From a virus: a stretch of DNA of 64,000 nt. This document shows positions 51,388 through 60,297 of this stretch, piece by piece. The notes beneath the pieces are model-generated. The model made no database searches. It was not told the origin of the DNA and saw nothing but the letters and a program-made list of their open reading frames with translations. The stretch lies in the IMG/VR virus record IMGVR_UViG_3300009177_000006, positions 5,488-69,487 of that record; one strand, given 5' to 3'. The first letter of the stretch is position 1; each line of letters begins with the position of its first letter. The position numbers and the translations under genes are program-made.

Positions 51388-51808
51388 CCTCGTACACTCG
51401 GCTATTTAACCCTGAGTTTCCGAGTATGTATTTTTTAATGTCTGCCCACGTTAAGCGTGGCTCGGCATCGTCATCAAGGGAGCGCCAGATAAGCCAAGCA
51501 ATCTCGCCCGAGGTCCGTCCCTTAAGATCGGCGCCCAAACTCCATTGATGAGTTGTAACGCCATCGGAAAATTCGACACGAAATCGGCGTAGACCTTTTT
51601 GCCAAAGCGAATCGTTCCCGTTTTGCGCGGCATAATCCAACGCCCTGAGCATTTGTTCGGCGGGTATATCTTCGATATCCGCGTAGTCGAGAAACACCGA
51701 CAATTCAAACTCCTCGAAAAGCGATACTTCCTGCTGATAGGCATCATTAAACGCATACTCCTCCTCTGCGATTTCCTCAACCGTTGTTTGATGTAGCCGC
51801 ATTGACAT
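51362..51808 (-). CDS. acidic hypothetical protein
   Basis: Operon continuity. Confidence 0.55.
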   Translation of the reverse strand: MSMRLHQTTVEEIAEEEYAFNDAYQQEVSLFEEFELSVFLDYADIEDIPAEQMLRALDYAAQNGNDSLWQKGLRRFRVEFSDGVTTHQWSLGADLKGRTSGEIAWLIWRSLDDDAEPRLTWADIKKYILGNSGLNSRVYEDEDTDVID

Positions 51809-51956
51809 AGGTCGTGACGTAGTTCACTGATTACTCATCACCTGTGAACCGGCTCTTGATGTACTTGACGAGTTCAAGTAACACGATGACGAGGAACGCG
51901 ATTAACGCCGCCTCAAGTAACAGATCGATTAAATGGTTTACAACATGACTCATACT

Positions 51957-52370
51957 TTACTCCTTTTTGTCTGGCGCGCCAGACATTGTTACCGATGACC
52001 TCAGTCCGCGATAAAACGGATTATTGCCGCGATGAGTTGGTAAAACGATGGTAGGATTTTCCGCCTCGTCTTTTTGCTGTGCCTCACGCTTTGCAAGAAT
52101 TGATGCCTTGTGTAACTCATACAATTTTAACTCCTCAATGAGATGTTGAACTGACGAATGACACGCACACTTTAGACAAATGCGTTGCAACCTATCGTCA
52201 ACGGTTGACAGTATACTCCCCTGTACGCCGCACCGCTTACCTTTACGTATTGGTACAGGGCAAGGTGACGTTGGCATTTCCGGTCGAAAGGTCACGACCG
52301 GCTCGGGTTTAGACCGGCTTAGTACAGCCCGTATTCGTTCAATAATCGCTTTGATGATTTTCCGGTACAT
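51957..52370 (-). CDS. hypothetical protein
   Basis: GAGG RBS; Cys cluster. Confidence 0.55.
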   Translation of the reverse strand: MYRKIIKAIIERIRAVLSRSKPEPVVTFRPEMPTSPCPVPIRKGKRCGVQGSILSTVDDRLQRICLKCACHSSVQHLIEELKLYELHKASILAKREAQQKDEAENPTIVLPTHRGNNPFYRGLRSSVTMSGAPDKKE

Positions 52371-52843
52371 TGCGGCCTCACAAATTGATACTTGCCGATG
52401 TCGGCAACGGTCAGTACATACACGATGAACGGATAGCCGGTCACCTGTTTTGTATTCGGGTTAGGATCGTGCGCGACAGTGATACGTGAACCGCCTCGCT
52501 CAATCTCAACGACCACAGCGTGAACCGAGTTCTTAAACGTTGGCGATTTGTAACCAGCGATTGCGTATGTCTTGCTAGTCATCACACCGAACGCAAAGTT
52601 ACGCCGTAAGGGTAACTTGAAACTGACCATTGCTAGACCTCGCTCGGTGAGCCAGTCGTTGACTTTACTCAAGTCTCCGTCACGTTGGGCGAACTTCGGT
52701 ATGTCTGCCAGATTGCATTCAAGTATCGAGGCGAGACAGGCTGAGAAGCAATCGCCTTTATTTGGGTCAATTATCTCTTGGAATACTGGTTTCATAGTCG
52801 TTTTATTGTGCGATTGCTCGCGTTTAGAGGCGATTTGAGACAC
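52319..52843 (-). CDS. papain-like (GDCFSAC..H..HDP) phage protein
   Basis: GDCFSACLASIL, HAVV, AHDPNP triad-like motifs; likely start MKPVFQ. Confidence 0.6.
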   Translation of the reverse strand: MSQIASKREQSHNKTTMKPVFQEIIDPNKGDCFSACLASILECNLADIPKFAQRDGDLSKVNDWLTERGLAMVSFKLPLRRNFAFGVMTSKTYAIAGYKSPTFKNSVHAVVVEIERGGSRITVAHDPNPNTKQVTGYPFIVYVLTVADIGKYQFVRPQCTGKSSKRLLNEYGLY

Positions 52844-52891
52844 TTTTGGGTGCTATTGGTAGGTCTGAGCAGGGTTAGCCCAGACGAGCCG

Positions 52892-53527
52892 TCAAATCGC
52901 GTTACCAGACCTAAACCGAAGGAACTCGGCTCTTGCTCGTTGGTCTGAGTAAATAACACCTTTCAAAGCTGACGTTGTCATACGAGCATGTGACTTTTTA
53001 ACGCCACGACAGGTCATGCACTGATGAGTCGCGTCAATGATGACGCCGACACCTTTAGCGGCTAGGTGTGTCTCGATAGCTTGTGCTATCTGTTCGGTCA
53101 ATCGCTCTTGTATCTGTAGCCGGTTGGCAAAGCAATCAACTAACCTCGCAAGTTTTGATAGACCGACAACGCCGCGCTCAGGATTTGGGATATAGCCGAC
53201 AGTCGCATGACCGTAGAACGGGAGTAGGTGATGCTCACACAAGCTAAAGAAGTCGATGTCCCGTAAGATAATCATTTCGTCATACGACTGCTCGAACTCG
53301 GTTGAGAGGATCAGCGCGGCATCTTGAGAGTAACCCTTTGTTTGCTCTTTGAATGCTCGTAAGACTCGATGCGGCGTTTCATCTAAACCGTCCCGAGTGG
53401 CGTCCTCGCCAAGCAATGTAAACAAAGCTTCGATGCCCTGCTTAAATAACAACTCAAGCGAGCGCCTCGTTTCGTTGCCGAGAACGGCCGGTTTGATATT
53501 GTCGATAGTAACGATGTCATTCGCCAT
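52892..53527 (-). CDS. folE: GTP cyclohydrolase I
   Basis: [42 protein letters not shown]. Confidence 0.96.
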   Translation of the reverse strand: MANDIVTIDNIKPAVLGNETRRSLELLFKQGIEALFTLLGEDATRDGLDETPHRVLRAFKEQTKGYSQDAALILSTEFEQSYDEMIILRDIDFFSLCEHHLLPFYGHATVGYIPNPERGVVGLSKLARLVDCFANRLQIQERLTEQIAQAIETHLAAKGVGVIIDATHQCMTCRGVKKSHARMTTSALKGVIYSDQRARAEFLRFRSGNAI

Positions 53528-53852
53528 TGTCAGGTATATGCTCCTTGCCGATACCGGCCACAATCTCGCCAATCTCTTTCTCGGTCTGGTCAATCATAAT
53601 GATTAAGTCGTTGATATCTTCGACCTCGCCAGAGTTAACCTTGTCACGAAGGCGCAGGTCAACATACCACATCAAGGCTGTGCGTAATGTCGGATGATAT
53701 GAAAAGCTTTTTGAGAATGTCGGGTTACCGTCTTTATCAACACCTTGCTTGCCGGTGTTAGGATTGACCGTTGGTTCGACCTTGACGAGATTCCAAGACG
53801 CTACGTCAACCTCGATTGAATACAGGTCATCAAGTTTCAATACTTTGCTCAT
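53517..53852 (-). CDS. hypothetical protein
   Basis: ACTAGGAGCAAA RBS before MSKVL. Confidence 0.65.
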   Translation of the reverse strand: MSKVLKLDDLYSIEVDVASWNLVKVEPTVNPNTGKQGVDKDGNPTFSKSFSYHPTLRTALMWYVDLRLRDKVNSGEVEDINDLIIMIDQTEKEIGEIVAGIGKEHIPDNGE

Positions 53853-54015
53853 GTGTTTTGCTCCTAGTATTTTTGTCTGGCGCGCCAGACACGCATTCAA
53901 GACATCGGTAACGAGATTCGGATTCTCGGTACAGGCGCTTAAAAGATTTACAGCCTTGGCAGTAGCCGTCTAGTTCGACCGGCTCGGGTAATTTTTTCAT
54001 CATCTCACGTTCCAA
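53830..54015 (-). CDS. small Zn-finger protein
   Basis: CQGC..RCLEC. Confidence 0.5.
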   Translation of the reverse strand: MEREMMKKLPEPVELDGYCQGCKSFKRLYRESESRYRCLECVSGAPDKNTRSKTHEQSIET

Positions 54016-54602
54016 AACTTATGCTGTTGTACGCTCAATCGCCACTTGGGATTTTGCTTGACGAGGTCGATGCAATGAGCAAGAGAACGTCTGTCAATTG
54101 TACCATCAGGATTGAACTTTGGCGACAATAAATAATTCTTAGACTTGACGCTTGGCTTCGGGATTCCCTGACCTTCATGGCGCACGTATTTGACTTCGTC
54201 GGCGTACTCTAAGCGTAAGGTATGCTCAGCCGATTTCGGTGAACAGCATACCCAATCGATGCCGTCAGGTAACGGCGTTGTCCCGTTGGTTTCGATTGCG
54301 ATGTGATACGAAAAACCTATCAGCATCGTTATCAACTCTTTATCAATCTGCAATGACGGCTCACCGCCTGTTAGGATCACGTTGCGACTCTTGCTCGTAT
54401 CAGCCGCCGCAATCTCTCGCATCAATCTGTCACGGTCCATCGACACGCCAGATGTAAACTCGGTATCACAGTCGAAGCCGCTGTCAGGATCGTCAACGGC
54501 ACATTTGAGATTGCAACCAGAGAAACGCACAAAGACGTTGGCGGTCCCGGCTCGTATACCTTCGCCCTGTATCGAGTAAAAGATTTCGTTAATTCTGTAC
54601 AT
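54000..54602 (-). CDS. queE: 7-carboxy-7-deazaguanine synthase (radical SAM)
   Basis: EIFYSIQGEG, FVRFSGCNLKC..CDT, LTGGEP, IETNGT, SPK, SVQQHK. Confidence 0.95.
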   Translation of the reverse strand: MYRINEIFYSIQGEGIRAGTANVFVRFSGCNLKCAVDDPDSGFDCDTEFTSGVSMDRDRLMREIAAADTSKSRNVILTGGEPSLQIDKELITMLIGFSYHIAIETNGTTPLPDGIDWVCCSPKSAEHTLRLEYADEVKYVRHEGQGIPKPSVKSKNYLLSPKFNPDGTIDRRSLAHCIDLVKQNPKWRLSVQQHKFWNVR

Positions 54603-54987
54603 TGGGTTTTATCGTACTCCTCTCTATCACGCCAGCCGGTGAAAAGTACGCCTCAGTTTTTTCAGTCTCTTTGACGATGACGCCAGACAGCATCGGCCAC
54701 ATAGCCGAAAAGACATCGTAGAAAAACCGCGCGAGGTTTTCGGCAGTCGGATTAAACTCAACCACGTTGTTGATGTGACGATGTTCAAAGTTCTCGTCAA
54801 GATAGGTCTTGATGTTATCGAGTTCGCCGTAATCAACGACCATGCCGTTATCATCGAGAAACGGCATACCGAGAATTACAATCACTTGATAGTTATGACC
54901 GTGTAGGCGGGCGCATTTATGTCCTTCGGGTAAGCCAGACAGTTGATGACTGGCGCTAAAATCAAATCGTTTTTGAATTATGTACAT
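54589..54987 (-). CDS. queD: 6-carboxytetrahydropterin synthase
   Basis: FSASH, CARLHGHNY, PTAENLA, VKET. Confidence 0.95.
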   Translation of the reverse strand: MYIIQKRFDFSASHQLSGLPEGHKCARLHGHNYQVIVILGMPFLDDNGMVVDYGELDNIKTYLDENFEHRHINNVVEFNPTAENLARFFYDVFSAMWPMLSGVIVKETEKTEAYFSPAGVIERSTIKPNVQN

Positions 54988-54989
54988 AG

Positions 54990-55316
54990 TTAGAATCCTG
55001 TCGGTCCGAGTTTTATCCGACTGTCGCCGAGTTGCTCTTGTAACTCTTTCTCAAAGGCGTTAGCTTCCATTTCCATTCCGTCAGCCAACGCGTTCAGATA
55101 TTCATCCTCAGTAATGACGCCTTTAGCGATGAGTAAACGAGCGAGCGAGCCTTGGTCAGCTTTGGTTATATCAACGCCAACGCGGAGATGCTTCGGCTCA
55201 GCCGCACCGTAATCGGCTTTACCACACGCCGCCAGTTCCATGAGCCATTTAATACCCGACTGCACACGCCGAGAGTGAAGCATATATTTAGCTTTCGCCT
55301 CTGCTGGTAACATCAT
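54990..55316 (-). CDS. hypothetical protein within the preQ0 cluster
   Basis: AGGAGG RBS. Confidence 0.65.
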   Translation of the reverse strand: MMLPAEAKAKYMLHSRRVQSGIKWLMELAACGKADYGAAEPKHLRVGVDITKADQGSLARLLIAKGVITEDEYLNALADGMEMEANAFEKELQEQLGDSRIKLGPTGF

Positions 55317-56095
55317 AACAATCCTCCTAGGTTTCCTTCTGATTTGTCTGGCGCGCCAGACATTTTTGACTCCGCGTAATTCTCGGTCACGTCACGCCAA
55401 TAGTCGGCGTCATCGTATACCGTAGGATCGTCAACGATACCGGCATTGTGTATCGCCTCTAATCGCTCAACACACGTACCGCAACGACCACAGTGATTCT
55501 CACCGCCTTTGTAGCATGACCACGTCATATCAAGCGGTAAGCCGACAGTCGCCGCACAACTCGCAATCAAAGTCTTATCGTAACAGGCGAACGGTGCGAG
55601 GAGGTTGAGCCGGTTGTAATCGCATAACTCTAACGCCGCATCGAGCGCGTTAATGAACGACTCTCGGCAATCGGGATAAATCGCATGGTCGCCAACGTGA
55701 GCCGCAAACGCTACGTTCTCGATGCCGTTTGACAATGCGTACCCGCCAGCTATCGCCAACATAATCATATTCCGATTCGGCACGACAGTCTGCTTCATGT
55801 TGTCTTGACTGTAATGACCTTCGGGTACGGCTTGGTCAGATGTCAGCGAGGACCGGCTGAGGATCGATGCCAAGTTACTGAGGTCAACGACCGTATTCTT
55901 GACCTTGAAAAACTCGGCAACCTTTTTCGCCGCGAGTAACTCTTTCGAGTGACGTTGACCATAGTCGAACGATATCGTTTCAACCTCGTTATGGTTGTGT
56001 AGTAAGACGCCGACCATTGCAGATGAGTCAAGACCGCCCGATAAAAGAGCCAGGACTTTTTGATTCTTAACCATCAACCTTGTGTTCCAGACCAT
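55313..56095 (-). CDS. queC: 7-cyano-7-deazaguanine synthase
   Basis: SGGLDS, FDYGQRH, VPNRN, YPDCR, TWSCY..HCGRCGTC. Confidence 0.96.
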   Translation of the reverse strand: MVWNTRLMVKNQKVLALLSGGLDSSAMVGVLLHNHNEVETISFDYGQRHSKELLAAKKVAEFFKVKNTVVDLSNLASILSRSSLTSDQAVPEGHYSQDNMKQTVVPNRNMIMLAIAGGYALSNGIENVAFAAHVGDHAIYPDCRESFINALDAALELCDYNRLNLLAPFACYDKTLIASCAATVGLPLDMTWSCYKGGENHCGRCGTCVERLEAIHNAGIVDDPTVYDDADYWRDVTENYAESKMSGAPDKSEGNLGGLL

Positions 56096-57008
56096 AATTT
56101 TCTCCTAGTATGAACGCCGTCAACGTTGCCACGTCTGAGATGTTTTCGGCGTTGCTAAAGTAAACCTTGATATCCTGTTGCCAGTATTGAGTGAGCCATA
56201 AAGAAGCTTGCGCCCACGCGACACCGTCAACTAGACACGCATAAACCCGCTTGTACTTTTCCTTGTCAACAAACCACTCGGGATCAAGACCGAGCGCACG
56301 GAAACGTTTGCCGTGTTTATAGACACTCGCCTTATCCCAGAGCGTCGCTTTCATAAACTCGCCTTTACCGTCAAAGAAAACTAATCGCCCGTATATCGCA
56401 CCGGCGTTCCAACTCGAGGAGTCAACCGAGTGCCAAGGGAAGCTTTTAAGTAACTTCCAATTCGTCATGCCAAAGCCGTGAAACTTACAGCCGGTTGTCT
56501 GAGCCATTTTGAAACAGGTGATGAAGTAAGACATCAGATTCTTACGGTCAGTAGCGAACGGCACAAGACCGCCGAGCGCAATGTAATCGTAATCCTTCAT
56601 CAGCTTATCGAGTATCTTAAAATCAGCGCCCACATGAAAGACCGGCAAAGGCGTCAGGTCATACGCATTCTCAAGATACTCTTGATTCTTAGCGGTCTGT
56701 TTCTCGTTGCCGATGACATCGAAATTAGCATAGGTCAGAAAGTGCTTTTTGTGTTTTGTTAACCATCGAGCGTAATCATCGATATCAATCTGCGCGCCTT
56801 GAGTTGCCGCTGAGAACGCACCGGAGTCCGCAAAGAGTTTAGGCGCACCGAGCGGAAACAGCTTCGGCAACTGCTTATCGAAATCGAAGTCACGAAAGTA
56901 ATGGTATGAGGTCAGCGAGTAAGGTTGAAAGCCTTTAAGCATGACCTGTACAGGCGTTGTCATATCTCTGATGTTTAAGAGGACCGTGTTTGAGATAAAG
57001 CTAATCAT
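56067..57008 (-). CDS. dpdA: TGT-fold 7-deazaguanine DNA transglycosylase (DpdA-like)
   Basis: FADSGAFS, NFDVIG, PVFH, ALGGLV, FHGFG, SVDSSSW; adjacent to queC. Confidence 0.75.
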   Translation of the reverse strand: MISFISNTVLLNIRDMTTPVQVMLKGFQPYSLTSYHYFRDFDFDKQLPKLFPLGAPKLFADSGAFSAATQGAQIDIDDYARWLTKHKKHFLTYANFDVIGNEKQTAKNQEYLENAYDLTPLPVFHVGADFKILDKLMKDYDYIALGGLVPFATDRKNLMSYFITCFKMAQTTGCKFHGFGMTNWKLLKSFPWHSVDSSSWNAGAIYGRLVFFDGKGEFMKATLWDKASVYKHGKRFRALGLDPEWFVDKEKYKRVYACLVDGVAWAQASLWLTQYWQQDIKVYFSNAENISDVATLTAFILGENYGLEHKVDG

Positions 57009-57718
57009 GCTTGCTTGGTCTTACGCTTCGGCAGTAACGCCTTAACTCGCTCCTCGTCAGTCGTACCGAGAGACTCCCAAAACGTCACGAACTTTTTATA
57101 GAGGAGTAGCGGTAACGTGATAGCAAAGACCTTTGAGAATACGTTAGCGTCATCGGCCGCACCGTGCATCGCCGCGAGGTCATCGAGTGACGGCGGTTGT
57201 TTATCGAGCAAGGCTAACAGGTGAGTAAGATCGTCACTCGTGAAGCCCGTCCCGGCTAACGACTCAGCCGGTAGACCGTTGAGATAACCGGCTAGTCGTT
57301 GCGTGTTCCACTCAGACGTTTCGCCTGCTCGATTGTCAACGATTTTAAGCCGCTCTTTTTGCTCAGGTGTTAAGTTCTTACGGCGTACCGCAACGACTTG
57401 GTCACCTTCGGCATCGATGATTAAAACTTTCTTTAGACCGGCTGACAGTGAACCGCGTGTTGCGCCTTCACCGGCTATCAACTGGTTGTTCTCATCGACC
57501 ACAATAGACCGAGCAAACCCTAAGTCTTGAATTGAGTTGGTTATGATAGCAAGGTTATCCTCAGGATGGTCCCGGTAGTTGTTAGGATCGAACGTAATCG
57601 AATCGATATCAATTGTTTCGACCTCAATAGTTGTTTTCGCTTTTCCGTTTTTACTCATAGATGATAGTACGAGGCGGTTAGACTTACCTCGCCTGCTAAC
57701 CGCCTCTAAGACAGTCAT
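57005..57718 (-). CDS. ParB N-terminal-like domain protein
   Basis: DPNNYRDH..SIQDLGF..IVVDENNQLIAGEG..DNR; start uncertain. Confidence 0.8.
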   Translation of the reverse strand: MTVLEAVSRRGKSNRLVLSSMSKNGKAKTTIEVETIDIDSITFDPNNYRDHPEDNLAIITNSIQDLGFARSIVVDENNQLIAGEGATRGSLSAGLKKVLIIDAEGDQVVAVRRKNLTPEQKERLKIVDNRAGETSEWNTQRLAGYLNGLPAESLAGTGFTSDDLTHLLALLDKQPPSLDDLAAMHGAADDANVFSKVFAITLPLLLYKKFVTFWESLGTTDEERVKALLPKRKTKQA

Positions 57719-57751
57719 TGAGTTCGTGCAGGGAATTTTCTCAACGACTGT

Positions 57752-58060
57752 CTATCTAAACTTTAGTAGTTTTTTCCGCTCGATGACATCCTTAGCGAGT
57801 TCGTACTCATCAAGACAGTTTCGGCAAAACTGGTCAGCAACGCCGAGCCTGATTTTACATTGCAACACGGTATCACATTGCACGACAGGATATAAAAAAG
57901 CGCCGTGCAGAGCCATGTACCAGACCTTACCGAAGTGAGCCTGACCAAGCGCGGCATCGCACAGATGCCAGAGTATCGATGACTCAGAGTCTTTCGCAAA
58001 AAAGATACGAGTGCTCACTGAGCCGGGATTCTCAATCGGGAAATTCTCTTTTAGGTTCAT
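57752..58060 (-). CDS. hypothetical protein
   Basis: Coupled to upstream gene. Confidence 0.5.
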   Translation of the reverse strand: MNLKENFPIENPGSVSTRIFFAKDSESSILWHLCDAALGQAHFGKVWYMALHGAFLYPVVQCDTVLQCKIRLGVADQFCRNCLDEYELAKDVIERKKLLKFR

Positions 58061-58329
58061 CGCCTACCTTTGTCTGTTTGATATTGCTCGATATCCCAGA
58101 TGACCGCTGTCAGGTTGTCGCGTTGCTCATCTGTCAGCTTTTCATCGAACGCAACGATGCGTTGGACTCGGTCTTGAAAGTCATCGAGTAAGGTGTCAGG
58201 ATCGATGCCGACCGAGCGCAGGTAAGCGGCTGTCTTTTCCTCAGACCACTTAGCGACCTCGTCAACGATTGCGTTACAACTGTCTGGCGCGCCAGACAAA
58301 TCTACCGGCTTATGTGGTCCCAAAACCAT
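58057..58329 (-). CDS. hypothetical protein
   Basis: ORF in minus-strand operon. Confidence 0.55.
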   Translation of the reverse strand: MVLGPHKPVDLSGAPDSCNAIVDEVAKWSEEKTAAYLRSVGIDPDTLLDDFQDRVQRIVAFDEKLTDEQRDNLTAVIWDIEQYQTDKGRR

Positions 58330-58468
58330 GATGGTAATTGAAAGAAAGATTTAACGATGTAGATGAAAAATAACAACACAGCAAACGTGACGAACAACTC
58401 TAACCAGTCCCGGCTATGGTCAGGGGTTACACTCACACTCTTTTTGCCGACAGATAAGACAGTACATA

Positions 58469-58819
58469 TTACTCACCTCGATAGTGTTGTAGAAAAGAAT
58501 CGATATCCCAGAGCGTGTTGACGCCGTCAGTCTTGATGAAATTCTTAAACGGCTCTTTGGTTGAGTAATTCCACATCGTTACACGGTTGACCGTGAAACC
58601 GGCGGCGCTCATCTCTTTCTCAAATTGGTCCCAACGTACCCAATGAGTTTTCAATATCTGTTCGGCTCGCGCGACTTCGGCGCGAATCAATTGTGTAACC
58701 GCCTTTTCTAATGTCTGACCGTTGACAATACGAACGATATTAAATCGCTCGTACAGGTCTTTGACATCGTCAGGAACGGGAAAGGTGATACGGTTTGGTT
58801 TTAAGCTTTTTGATCCCAT
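58469..58819 (-). CDS. putative DNA-binding regulator
   Basis: First gene of the leftward transcript; RITFPVPDDV ribbon-like start and HTH-like C-terminus. Confidence 0.5.
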   Translation of the reverse strand: MGSKSLKPNRITFPVPDDVKDLYERFNIVRIVNGQTLEKAVTQLIRAEVARAEQILKTHWVRWDQFEKEMSAAGFTVNRVTMWNYSTKEPFKNFIKTDGVNTLWDIDSFLQHYRGE

Positions 58820-58836
58820 GGTTCTTGTGTTGATAA

Positions 58837-58907
58837 CCGAGGCGAAGGGAGTCGAACCCTTATCCCCTGACATCGTCAGGATTTTGACCGCCCGAAACTA
58901 CATCTCG
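58837..58907 (-). ncRNA. tRNA-like element / pseudo-tRNA (abnormal anticodon arm, no CCA)
   Basis: Acceptor CGAGATG/CGCCTCG, T8A9, T arm AAGGG-TTCGACT-CCCTT, anticodon arm CCTGA(CGATG)TCAGG. Confidence 0.6.
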
Positions 58908-58954
58908 GATAGCATCTTACATTTTTAATTCAGACGCTAGTTGCAACGTTGACC

Positions 58955-58983
58955 AGTATAAACGTAGATAGCAAGTGTGTCAA
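58955..58983 (-). promoter_or_regulatory. leftward sigma70 promoter
   Basis: TTGACA-17-TATACT. Confidence 0.75.
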
Positions 58984-59030
58984 ACCTAATGTTTATCGAC
59001 CTCGAAACACAGAATACAACTCATTAACGA

Positions 59031-59069
59031 ATGACGAAAAATCGTCATCGAATGACGAAAAAGCGTCAT
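59031..59069. promoter_or_regulatory. tandem palindromic operator pair ATGACG-N6-CGTCAT
   Basis: 59031-59048 and 59052-59069, 21-bp period, between divergent promoters. Confidence 0.6.
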
Positions 59070-59168
59070 GCTACTTAATATAGGTATTAACATATATATA
59101 AACATATACTGTCGTTCGTTTTCTTTTTTAAGACCGCTCCGCGAGGTCAGCCGGTCAGCTTAACGGAA

Positions 59169-59197
59169 TTGATTTATGTTTTAATCTGCGGTACAAT
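59169..59197 (+). promoter_or_regulatory. rightward sigma70 promoter
   Basis: TTGATT-17-TACAAT. Confidence 0.6.
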
Positions 59198-59222
59198 ATT
59201 CGTCGGGAGTCATCTACGAGCA

Positions 59223-59543
59223 ATGCTGATATTCACAGCCCTTAATCAACTTGATGCGGCGCGCAAAAGATTGATGAAAGCTAAGCCGCGCATTGACCTG
59301 ATTTGTTTTGGCGAATACACCGTCATCGGATCGAAAGGCGATGAATATAAAGTCATATGTAAGACTGACGCCAGTAATAAACGAATCGTGTTTTGCACCT
59401 GCGAAGATAAGTATCCTCGTAAACTAAATGACGTGTGTTACCACATTGCAGGCGCTCTCTCTTTACATCTTTATCTTTGCGAAGGTCGTGTGTTGACCTT
59501 TGGTAAAGACCGACCGGAAAAGCTATGGATAACCAACCTATAA
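59223..59543 (+). CDS. SWIM zinc-finger protein
   Basis: YTVIGSKGDEYKV..CTC..CYHIAG. Confidence 0.75.
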   Translation: MLIFTALNQLDAARKRLMKAKPRIDLICFGEYTVIGSKGDEYKVICKTDASNKRIVFCTCEDKYPRKLNDVCYHIAGALSLHLYLCEGRVLTFGKDRPEKLWITNL

Positions 59544-59860
59544 TTTTTGCCAACCTCAATGAAGTTAAACCCGAGCATGGTTGGTGTATGTTTACGTCAA
59601 TCGGAATCTTTACGATGAACATCAAGATAAAACTTGACGCCTTCAAGTTAGAGAACGGTTCTCGTGGTTACGTTAAATGCAACTTCCACAATCCCGATTA
59701 CTATCAGCTTGCTACTCAGTCAGGTCCGTCAATCGTTTGCGTCTACGCACTCGGGATCAAACTGTTCCCGATACTCACAGACCTAAAAAAGATGAACGAC
59801 CAGTCACGCCCAGAGACTTACTGGCACAACTATTGGAAGAACTTTCATGACTTAAAATAA
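59525..59860 (+). CDS. hypothetical protein
   Basis: Operon continuity. Confidence 0.55.
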   Translation: MDNQPIIFANLNEVKPEHGWCMFTSIGIFTMNIKIKLDAFKLENGSRGYVKCNFHNPDYYQLATQSGPSIVCVYALGIKLFPILTDLKKMNDQSRPETYWHNYWKNFHDLK

Positions 59861-60063
59861 TGTCTGGCGCGCCAGACAAAAACTAGGAGCAAATCAATGT
59901 TATTAAAAATCTGTAAAGAATGTTTACCGTACTGGCCGTTTGAGTCACGAGTTAAGCAAATCGTCCCGGCTGAGCAATGTGAATGCTCGATGCACGAAGC
60001 TAAGCAAACGTCAACCGATGACGAGGTTGAACACGTCACACCAGACAACGCGACACGAGTATT

Positions 60064-60297
60064 TTGATGCCGAACTGCATCAAGTGTAAAAACCTTTACA
60101 TCGTCTTACGTGACTGGCAGACCGGCGTGACCGTACCGCTCGATTGGCAACCGACTTGGCACGGCTCATACGTGGTTTACTCACCTGACGATGCCCAATG
60201 TAAGCACCTGACGCCAGAGGAGATTGTGCAGGCTCGACAGCTTGGCGTTTTCCTCTTTACGTCACACAACGACACTTGCCGAGGTTACAGAGAATGA
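60064..60297 (+). CDS. small Cys/His protein
   Basis: CIKC..SHNDTC. Confidence 0.5.
   Translation: MMPNCIKCKNLYIVLRDWQTGVTVPLDWQPTWHGSYVVYSPDDAQCKHLTPEEIVQARQLGVFLFTSHNDTCRGYRE

Larger units (their letters stand above)
3442..52839. repeat. Second dispersed ~29-bp asymmetric motif, consensus CGATTGCTCGCGTTTAGAGGCGATTTGAC, about 6 copies
   Basis: 3442-3470(-), 10546-10574(+), 19785-19813(+), 31198-31226(+), 46945-46973(-), 52811-52839(+); aligned by eye without gaps. Confidence 0.75.

Noticed and set aside
58837-58907. Functional tRNA-Ile(GAT)
   Set aside because: Anticodon loop is non-canonical (no U33, 5-nt loop) and there is no CCA; kept only as tRNA-like
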